DNA of 60,340 nucleotides from Chloroflexota bacterium (GTDB taxonomy: Bacteria; Chloroflexota; Anaerolineae; Epilineales; SHYO01), in NCBI GenBank assembly GCA_009692745.1, contig SHYO01000002.1, forward strand, positions 1-60,340, given 5' to 3'. The position numbers and the translations under genes were made by a program. Positions 53,490 to 60,340 of the stretch are shown one piece after another. The notes under the pieces were generated by a model. The model ran no database searches. It was not told where the DNA came from and was given only the letters and a program-made list of their open reading frames with translations. Every line of letters begins with the position of its first letter. Positions within the stretch are counted from its first letter, which is position 1.

Positions 53490-54668
53490 TTATGGTAGAG
53501 TAACATCATCTCCTGCCACCCGCAGCGCCTCTCCGACGAAGGGCAGCTTCACCAACTGTACCGGTAGCTGGTTATCACCTTGCGCCTGTAGCCGGAGCTC
53601 GGCGCCCGGTTCGGCCCATTTAGTGCGGATATATCCCAGGGCGATTGGGCCAGCGAGAGCCGGACTATAGGCGGCGCTGGTAATAAAACCTGCTTCTTGG
53701 TTCGTGCTGGAGATCAGTTTGGCACCAGGCTGCAAAGACTCGGCCCAGCCCGCGCCAGTTGTTACCGGTTGAATGCCCATCAAGTGCTTTTGGATTTTTT
53801 GATACGTATCCAAACGGGCGATGACTTCCTGACCAATGTAGCAGCCTTTACTAAAACTGACGGCATCAATAATTCCGGCTTCGTGGGGATTATATTCCTC
53901 GCCTAATTCCCGGCCCTGCTCGGGAATACCGGCTTCGATGCGGAGCATGTCGTAAGCTCGCATGCCCAGGGGCTGCCCGCCATGTTCAACCAAGCGTCCC
54001 CATAGCCAGGTAAGGGATTCAGCCGTGCCGATCACCGAAGCAGCAGGTTCACCAAACCCGGCTATCCTGGCCAAAGTAATGGTACTTCCTGCAGCTAGGG
54101 CTGCACTTTCCGATATAGGTATATCGGCATGCTGATAGAGGGACCAGGAGCTGACATCTACATCCAGTACGGCTGCCAGTGCTGCAGGAGTGCTGGGGCC
54201 GAAGAGGGCCAATCTGGCGGTTGTATCTGTGATGTTTTGAGCCTTGACTTTATCGCGAAAGAAGATGTAGTGCCGGAACCAGTTGAAAAGCGCAGCGCCC
54301 ATACCTAGGCTGCCCACGACCAGGAGCTGGTCGGGTTGGCATAATATCAAGGTCTCATCTAAGATCCGGCCGGTGGGTGTGGTGAAAATGGTTTTCATCC
54401 CGCCGCCAGGGGAAAGTTTTGTGGCATCGTTGGTGGACATCCGTTGCACAAATCCCAGCCGGTCAGTGTTGCTGAGGGTTAGACATGCCCAGGCGCTCTG
54501 GTCCAAAATAGCCAGACCCTGGCGCGCGGCCTGATATTCATCGAGCGGACCTCTATATTGGCTGCCCAGTTCCCATCCTGCATGTACCATCGTGGGGAGA
54601 TCAGCCCCTTCCCGGTTTGTGACACGCCACAAGGGGGAATGTCTTAGATTTGTCTGTGTCTCAATCAT
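53490..54668 (-). CDS. GcvT/YgfZ-fold folate-binding aminomethyltransferase-like protein
   Basis: I prefer ATG 54668 (MIETQTN), which overlaps the upstream stop (ATGA 54665-54668). AILDQSAW...RLGFVQRMSTND and FSKGCYIGQE motifs. Confidence 0.75.
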   Translation of the reverse strand: MIETQTNLRHSPLWRVTNREGADLPTMVHAGWELGSQYRGPLDEYQAARQGLAILDQSAWACLTLSNTDRLGFVQRMSTNDATKLSPGGGMKTIFTTPTGRILDETLILCQPDQLLVVGSLGMGAALFNWFRHYIFFRDKVKAQNITDTTARLALFGPSTPAALAAVLDVDVSSWSLYQHADIPISESAALAAGSTITLARIAGFGEPAASVIGTAESLTWLWGRLVEHGGQPLGMRAYDMLRIEAGIPEQGRELGEEYNPHEAGIIDAVSFSKGCYIGQEVIARLDTYQKIQKHLMGIQPVTTGAGWAESLQPGAKLISSTNQEAGFITSAAYSPALAGPIALGYIRTKWAEPGAELRLQAQGDNQLPVQLVKLPFVGEALRVAGDDVTLP

Positions 54669-55744
54669 ATCGCGACTCCTATGAACCGGTCCGGGCGGTT
54701 GTGGTAATCGGCCCAGGACTGGCGTTGCGACACCAATGCCATTAGCGTCTCTGATAGCCACGTATTGGCCGGTGTAGGCACGCCGGTTATGGCGCCAAAG
54801 CGGGCCACGGCGCCGTTGAGATACTCCACTTCAGAGCGCGGACGCTGTTGTAAGGCATCCAGGGCCAGGGATGGTGGCTTACCGCCGCGTCCGTTGCCTA
54901 TCAACTTTAGAAGTATAGGGCGGACCAGGGAAGATGGCAAGTGTTGTAGGGCCCAGGCAAGCGAGGAAACTGGGTAGCCGAGGACATTAACGGTGGGAAT
55001 GCCCTGGCGGTACATCACTGCCAACGCTTCACGTAGGGCCAGGTATTCCACCCGAAAGGTCTGCGGGTCAGCATACACCTGCTGCGGTTTCCATCCTAGA
55101 ATCGCTGCCGAGGCGTTGCCCATCATATTCAAGAGCAATTTAGACCATTTCATGGCCCGGTAATCACGATAAAATATGGTTTTCACCTGGGATTGGGTGA
55201 GTAGCCGGTAAAGCCAACTGCCCGGCATCTGGTCCTGAGCCGCAGAAGGGTGCTCCATCAAAGGGCTGGAGAAGTTGGCAATCCCCACCTTGGAGGATTT
55301 ATTTGGCGCCCGGATGACCCCTGGTTGCGGCATTTCAACGGGGAGCGTGAAGGTCCCGGCAATTACGTGCTGAGGGCCTAAATGATCAGCCAGAATCTCC
55401 TCATTGCCTATGCCATTCTGTAAGGACCATACCAGGGGTAGGACCGGGGCGTTGCGTATCAACTCCACGGCCGCCAGGGCTGTATCAAAGGATTTAACAG
55501 TCAAGCAGGCGCAGGCAATCGTATCATTGGTGGAAAAAGCTTCAGCCAAAGACGTGTAGGCCCGAATTTGAGAAACCTGCCAGGTGTGGGCGCCCTGTTG
55601 CATGGTAAGCCCTCTGGTATTCACCTGTTCGACGTAGCGGGGATGGCGGTTTACCAGGACTACCGGGAAATCGGCCATAGCCAATGTACCCCCAACCCAT
55701 GATCCTACTGCGCCGGCCCCGATGATGAGGAAGGTAGGCTTCAT
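54665..55744 (-). CDS. ApbA/PanE-family (ketopantoate reductase-like) NAD(P)-dependent oxidoreductase
   Basis: I prefer ATG 55744 (MKPTFLIIGAGAVGSWVGG), 4 nt after the glpC stop. Length and the C-terminal helical domain fit the family. Confidence 0.7.
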   Translation of the reverse strand: MKPTFLIIGAGAVGSWVGGTLAMADFPVVLVNRHPRYVEQVNTRGLTMQQGAHTWQVSQIRAYTSLAEAFSTNDTIACACLTVKSFDTALAAVELIRNAPVLPLVWSLQNGIGNEEILADHLGPQHVIAGTFTLPVEMPQPGVIRAPNKSSKVGIANFSSPLMEHPSAAQDQMPGSWLYRLLTQSQVKTIFYRDYRAMKWSKLLLNMMGNASAAILGWKPQQVYADPQTFRVEYLALREALAVMYRQGIPTVNVLGYPVSSLAWALQHLPSSLVRPILLKLIGNGRGGKPPSLALDALQQRPRSEVEYLNGAVARFGAITGVPTPANTWLSETLMALVSQRQSWADYHNRPDRFIGVAI

Positions 55745-55748
55745 CGAT

Positions 55749-56996
55749 TTATTGATAGGCCGCAGCCAGAAGTTCAATAGGGTGAACCGAGGGAAGGCCT
55801 GTGCCGTGGACGATTTGCCAGCGGCAGGTTTCACTATCGCAGGCAGAAAGATGCGGGTTTGTGCTGTGAATAGCGGAAAAAAGCTCCTCTCCCACTGCCA
55901 TGGCGATGCTGTATTTTTCCTGTTTGTATCCATAAGTGCCGGCAGTGCCGCAACATGCGGCGCTCATTTCAATAGTTTCCAACTCTGGAATCAGTTGTAG
56001 CAGTTCCAAAGCCGGTTTGCCAAAGCCGTGTCCACGCAGTTGGCAAGGCGCATGGTAGGGTACGCGGAGGGGAATAGGTTGGAATGCTATATCGAGCTGG
56101 CCCATAGCCAGGCGGATAAGCAGAAATTCACAGATATCATAAAGATGCGCAGAGACCAGGGCTGTATCGTCATCCTGCATATCCAAAATTTCCCGGACTT
56201 CGCGCTTGAGCATCAGGCTACAGCTACTGGAGGTAGCCACAATGGGTAATCCCTGGCGGGCGTAGGGCAATAGGCGCGCCACATTGAAGCGTACGACCTG
56301 CCTGGCGGCCTCGAAATTCCCATTAGACATCAGCGGCAGGCCACAACAACCTTGCTCGGGTACGATTACCTGATAGCCATTGCGTTCTAAAACCTTGATA
56401 GCAGCTTTGCCAATGCGGGGTTCATAAAAATGTGTAGCACAACCGTGGTAATAGACGACGGTTTCATCTGGTGTCGTGGCACCAGATGTCGTGCCGTGAT
56501 TGCTGGAGGGATTCCGTAAGGATGGAATCTGTTGTCTACGGTTACGAAACCAGGCGGGGAAGGTTTCAAAGGAGAAAGATGGCATAGGGGCAGCATGATG
56601 GATGTGTAATATCGCTTCCATTGCCCGGCGGACGCCCGGCAGCCGCATGGCCAGGTTGATAACGGGGGCCGCCGGGCTGGCCAGTCTCCCGAGCACATCC
56701 GGCCGAGCTATAATCTGGTTCCGCAAAGGTATGCCGCATTCTTGGTACATGGTATGGCGGGCCTTGGCGTTAATTTCAGCAATTTTAACACCATGGGGAC
56801 AAACCTGGGAACATATGCCGCATCCCGAACAGAAATCCACAGAGCGGTCTGTCGAAGGACCATACCGCAGCCGTTGGGCCTGGGGGCCCGCGTATTTGGG
56901 ACCCGGAAATAGGGGCGTTACGCGGGAGACGGGGCACATGCTGGTGCAGATATTACATTTAACGCAATGATCCAAGGTAAAACGAATATCTTCCAT
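55749..56996 (-). CDS. glpC: anaerobic glycerol-3-phosphate dehydrogenase subunit C (Fe-S, CCG-domain protein)
   Basis: Two ferredoxin-type clusters (CVKCNICTSMCP and CSGCGICSQVCP) and two CCG motifs (GCCG, ACCG). Confidence 0.85.
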   Translation of the reverse strand: MEDIRFTLDHCVKCNICTSMCPVSRVTPLFPGPKYAGPQAQRLRYGPSTDRSVDFCSGCGICSQVCPHGVKIAEINAKARHTMYQECGIPLRNQIIARPDVLGRLASPAAPVINLAMRLPGVRRAMEAILHIHHAAPMPSFSFETFPAWFRNRRQQIPSLRNPSSNHGTTSGATTPDETVVYYHGCATHFYEPRIGKAAIKVLERNGYQVIVPEQGCCGLPLMSNGNFEAARQVVRFNVARLLPYARQGLPIVATSSSCSLMLKREVREILDMQDDDTALVSAHLYDICEFLLIRLAMGQLDIAFQPIPLRVPYHAPCQLRGHGFGKPALELLQLIPELETIEMSAACCGTAGTYGYKQEKYSIAMAVGEELFSAIHSTNPHLSACDSETCRWQIVHGTGLPSVHPIELLAAAYQ

Positions 56997-57003
56997 AAGG
57001 ATA

Positions 57004-58353
57004 TTATACTCGATCTCCTAGACAATGGGTGGCAGAGAGAGCGGCTTGATAGCCCGTGGCAATGGTGACGCCGTCTCCAGATTTTTCATGCCAGGGATTC
57101 CAATGTGCCAACATGGCTCCGGCCGCAAAGAGATTTTCGAACGCCGGCTCTTGATTGGCATCCAATGGCTGTAATTGAGCATTGGTAGCTAATCCAAATT
57201 CCTGGGCAGGATGGGCAGCACCATACGTGGGGCGGTGCCAATCCGTGATTTGTGCGGCGCCAGGGGTCGCTACCGGCAAACCGAAAAGCGGCTCCTCCAG
57301 TTTCCCGTCCCAATAGCTGAGCAGCCCACCGCCATAGAGCCCGCCGGCTGCCAGTATAAATGCACCGGCTTCTAAGGTTAGAAGACGCGCTGCCGTCTGG
57401 ACTTTAATAGCCAGCACCTTCTGTTTGTCAACACTGCTTTCCACTACCTGGGATCCGATCAATAACTGGCCGCCAGCAGCGCGGAACCCAGCTTTAAGGG
57501 CCTCAAACATGCGCCATCCCGGAACTGAAGGTGGGACTGTGGGAATTTCGAATACGGGCACTCCCAGCAGATGCTGTAGATCAAGCCAGGGGATTTCCGG
57601 TTGGGACGTCTGTTGGCCGAGCACAGCCGGGAAGCCGACACGCTCGCCGGGGAGCAGATGGGAGCGTATCTGCTGCGCCACAGTATAGCGCAGGGCCGGA
57701 TCATCGAAGAGTTGCGCCAGATATAAAGTGAACCAATCCGCACGTGCGGCAATGCGGGGTATTTCCAGATAAATTCCGCGTGCCGGGTGGCCGCTGGTGC
57801 GGTTCAGGTTATCGGCTAAATACAGCGGATAGAAGTCTTTTAATTGGTGAAATCCGACGATCAGGTACGGTTCGGGCCGATCGACGACGCCTGCCTGCTG
57901 AGCAGCAGGGGCCAGGGCAGTAGGCCGTACCGCCCCTAAAGCTGTGGGCAGCCACAAATTCTCGTCTGCTATGCCGGTGTAGTGGAGGCCGGCCTGGGCG
58001 CAGGTGTGGCGAAAGAGCTCAATGCCGGCCTGCAAGTTTTCCTGGCTAATGATAGCATAGGGGTGGTGCGGTTGGCTTTGGCGCAGTTGTTGCAAGGCCG
58101 CAGACAGGCTGGCTGGGCGGATCGGAGATGGCAACATGGAAATGGGGCCGGCCTGCGCGGGTGACCTGGTAGGCGGGATGTTTTGGGTACCGAGAATATC
58201 TATGGCGCCGGTCGTGAGGGCCGTGCTACCGACGCCTTTAGCTACCACCAGGGTGCGTGCTCCCAAATTCGTAGCCGTGATACCTGCCATGAGACCGGCG
58301 ACACCGGCGCCAATGACAATAATATCATAACCAGGAAAACGGGAGCTGGTCAT
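57004..58353 (-). CDS. glpB: anaerobic glycerol-3-phosphate dehydrogenase subunit B
   Basis: I prefer ATG 58353 (MTSSRFPGYDIIVIGAGVAG), which overlaps the glpA stop (ATGA 58350-58353). FAD motif. Positioned between the glpA and glpC homologues. Confidence 0.8.
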   Translation of the reverse strand: MTSSRFPGYDIIVIGAGVAGLMAGITATNLGARTLVVAKGVGSTALTTGAIDILGTQNIPPTRSPAQAGPISMLPSPIRPASLSAALQQLRQSQPHHPYAIISQENLQAGIELFRHTCAQAGLHYTGIADENLWLPTALGAVRPTALAPAAQQAGVVDRPEPYLIVGFHQLKDFYPLYLADNLNRTSGHPARGIYLEIPRIAARADWFTLYLAQLFDDPALRYTVAQQIRSHLLPGERVGFPAVLGQQTSQPEIPWLDLQHLLGVPVFEIPTVPPSVPGWRMFEALKAGFRAAGGQLLIGSQVVESSVDKQKVLAIKVQTAARLLTLEAGAFILAAGGLYGGGLLSYWDGKLEEPLFGLPVATPGAAQITDWHRPTYGAAHPAQEFGLATNAQLQPLDANQEPAFENLFAAGAMLAHWNPWHEKSGDGVTIATGYQAALSATHCLGDRV

Positions 58354-59972
58354 GATATTTCTACTGGCATCCATTCCGCGAGAGATTGGTTGGCGCGCTC
58401 GGCGGAAGACGGGGAGCCTTCATCCTGGGGGAGCGCGCTCACATTGAAGACGTTTTGGTAGATCCAATCGTCAAGTCGTGCTTGTTTGAGTTGGTCCCCC
58501 CAGAGGATAGGATGTACTCCTTTCCAACGCTCCTCTAAAAACTGTACCAGGGCTTGGTTTGTCCTGGAAACATCGAAACCAAGGGATTCATGCGTGCGAG
58601 CCGCCGCCCGGAAGATACAGAAACCGCCTTGGCATGGTCCCATTGCCAGCCGTAGCGACCGGCGCAAGTCATCCAGGTTGGTGGTTCGCAAGCGGTGAAT
58701 GGCTGTTTCCAGTTTAGTAGCTGTGACGAACTCACATTCACAAATTAAGGCATCGTCCTGTGCGGCGGCTTCAAACTCGCCCAGCCGGTGGGAGACGTGA
58801 TAATAGTGGTGATCTTCGGAATCCGGCAGTGCCTCCAGGTGGGTGGTACAGGGGCGCTCTATTTTTAATTTCTGACACATCTTATCAACGGTAACCTGGG
58901 CCATTAGGCGGTATGTGGTAAATTTACCGCTGGTAATGGTTAGGAAATTGCGCACACCATCCCGTGTCTCGTGATCCAACAGCACATAGGAACGAGTGAT
59001 ATCCCGTGTGTCAGTTAAGGTGGGCTCAGTCTGGTAGAGAGGGCGAACCCCGGCCCAGGCCCGTAAGGCCCGCGATTGCTTGAATCCCGGTACCAGATGC
59101 TCCCCTTCTTTCATGAGCAGCTCGATCTCCCAACGCTCGATAGGGTAGTGGTCCGGGTCAGGAACGCGATAATCCGTTGTGCCTATTACCGAAACCGTGC
59201 GGATAGGGACTAGAATATCTCCGTCATCGGGCAACTTGCAGCGGTTGATAACGGTATTCACCAGGCGGTGATTCATAGCAATCATGGTCCCTTTGCCCAT
59301 AGCGATGGTCACCGGACATTTGGCCATAGCTGCCACCTGACCACACCAGGCGCCGGCCGCGTTGATCACAAAATCACACGAGATGTAGATTTTTTCGCCG
59401 CTGCGCAAATTTTCCACCGTAGCGCCCTGCAGAGATCCCTGAGAAAGATGTAAGTTGACTAAACGATAGTAAAGCCAGACTTCAGCTCCGTGTTGCCTGG
59501 CGGAACGCACCAGAGCGGAAACCGCTTTAAAAGAATCAATGGCGCCATCGGGGACCTCAAAAGCCCGCGATATTGCGGGATTTAATCTTGGCTCGCGTTG
59601 CAGCATCTCACGCAACGTGATTTCAGCTACCGGTATGCCACAATCGAGGCAACCTCGATAGAATTTATCGCTGTAGGCGGGGTCATCTGCCGGGGTGACC
59701 ACGAAAAAACCACTGGTATCTTCGATAGCGTCCGGCGAGATACGGCGCAGAATACGATTTTCCGCGATACACTCCCGGGCTGATTGAGAATCTTTGATGA
59801 CATACCGGCCGCCGCTGTGGAGTAGGCCGTGGTAGCGACCGGTGGTGCCGTAGCTCAAATCGCCTTTGTCGATGAGGAGAGTGTGGAAACCCCGCATAGC
59901 TGCATCGCGAGCTACACCGCAACCGGTTGATCCGCCGCCTATGACGAGGATTTCTGTTTCAAATTGCTGCAT
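58350..59972 (-). CDS. glpA: anaerobic glycerol-3-phosphate dehydrogenase subunit A
   Basis: I prefer ATG 59972 (MQQFETEILVIGGGSTGCG). FAD-dependent G3P dehydrogenase body and a C-terminal BFD-like [2Fe-2S] segment (CECEFV...CQGGFC). The 75-codon upstream extension in the ORF track is unlikely to be real. Confidence 0.85.
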   Translation of the reverse strand: MQQFETEILVIGGGSTGCGVARDAAMRGFHTLLIDKGDLSYGTTGRYHGLLHSGGRYVIKDSQSARECIAENRILRRISPDAIEDTSGFFVVTPADDPAYSDKFYRGCLDCGIPVAEITLREMLQREPRLNPAISRAFEVPDGAIDSFKAVSALVRSARQHGAEVWLYYRLVNLHLSQGSLQGATVENLRSGEKIYISCDFVINAAGAWCGQVAAMAKCPVTIAMGKGTMIAMNHRLVNTVINRCKLPDDGDILVPIRTVSVIGTTDYRVPDPDHYPIERWEIELLMKEGEHLVPGFKQSRALRAWAGVRPLYQTEPTLTDTRDITRSYVLLDHETRDGVRNFLTITSGKFTTYRLMAQVTVDKMCQKLKIERPCTTHLEALPDSEDHHYYHVSHRLGEFEAAAQDDALICECEFVTATKLETAIHRLRTTNLDDLRRSLRLAMGPCQGGFCIFRAAARTHESLGFDVSRTNQALVQFLEERWKGVHPILWGDQLKQARLDDWIYQNVFNVSALPQDEGSPSSAERANQSLAEWMPVEIS

Positions 59973-60135
59973 AAATATTCCCCTCAGAATTTCGAGATCA
60001 AAACGGAACAGGGGACGTGATTTACAGTATAAGTTAAGCAAGGAAAAAAGGCAAAGATAGCTGTGTAGCAGATGTTTCACCGGATGCGGAGCCAGATGGC
60101 ACATGCTCCAGCCAGAATCATCCAGCGAGTCACCA

Positions 60136-60340
60136 TCAAGCCGAGGCGCAGGTATTGCAATGGAGAAACTTCCAGGCGAGGAAAAAACCGAACACATTCC
60201 AATTGCTCAACAGCACAGAACCGGCTTGCTGCAGCGCCACCTGGCGTCCCAGGAGCATAAGGGTTGCTCCAAAAGCGGCTGCTACCGATTCATTCATACG
60301 CCACGGCCGGGTCATAACCAGAAACAGGGTTATGAGGAAT
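60136..60340 (-). pseudogene. possible 5' fragment of an ArsB/NhaD-superfamily permease gene (truncated)
   Basis: The reverse frame reads FLITLFLVMTRPWRMNESVAAAFGATLMLLGRQVALQQAGSVLLSNWNVFGFFLAWKFLHCNTCASA then stop at 60138-60136. It resembles the first ~70 aa of ArsB/citrate-transporter-like permeases, but the frame closes about 330 aa too early. It could instead be the real 3' end of an unrelated gene. Confidence 0.25.

Noticed and set aside
1-60340. Scanned for CRISPR arrays, tRNA/rRNA genes, large direct or inverted repeats bounding a mobile element, and defence or toxin-antitoxin gene pairs.
   Set aside because: I saw no regularly spaced repeats, no tRNA-like T-arm/anticodon architecture in the intergenic regions, no nuclease, reverse transcriptase or methylase genes, and no small two-gene cassettes. 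This was an eye scan only, so short or degenerate elements could be missed. tRNAscan-SE, Infernal/Rfam and a repeat finder would settle it.

Overview
About 55 protein-coding genes are supported. I found no rRNA, tRNA or CRISPR array by eye. Gene content and protein style suggest a Chloroflexota-like chromosome, but that is inference only. The style cues are Ala/Pro-rich and Thr/Ala-rich linkers after signal peptides or lipoboxes, many Gfo/Idh/MocA paralogues, and O-antigen-ligase/TPR fusions.

Recognisable genes, in window order:
- a DAO-GcvT fusion oxidase (dimethylglycine/sarcosine type)
- a Gfo/Idh/MocA - GNAT - DegT aminotransferase cassette
- a family-5 ABC binding protein with two permeases but no ATPases, followed by three Gfo/Idh/MocA genes, an M19 dipeptidase and an MFS transporter
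- a rhodanese
- a BlaI/BlaR1-like pair inside a block of envelope genes
- PBP1A, citrate synthase, an ECF sigma/anti-sigma pair, Hsp20 and Lon
- an O-antigen-ligase-like/TPR protein, a WecA-like transferase and a UDP-sugar dehydrogenase
- two cyclophilins, an AMP-forming acyl-CoA synthetase, NUDIX and DJ-1/PfpI
- a glpABC operon extended by an ApbA/PanE-like reductase and a GcvT/YgfZ-like protein

Best candidates for something undescribed:
1. A tandem array of three secreted paralogues (259-2414) sharing a ~135-aa repeat-built domain I cannot place. It sits next to a transposase-like fragment.
2. A tightly packed six-gene operon (19606-24906): SpoIIE-like phosphatase, mini P-loop NTPase, SDR, anchored protein, a 12-TM protein made of six internal repeats, and a rhodanese.
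3. A sensor-less BlaR1/BlaI pair embedded among zinc-ribbon membrane proteins and TolB-like/DUF1573/TlpA genes, with a BlaI-type TTACA-N3-TGTAA palindrome upstream of the TolB-like gene.
4. An ATPase-less ABC / triple-oxidoreductase / dipeptidase locus.

I saw no canonical defence, toxin-antitoxin or RiPP machinery. All functional calls come from motif recognition by eye and need database confirmation.
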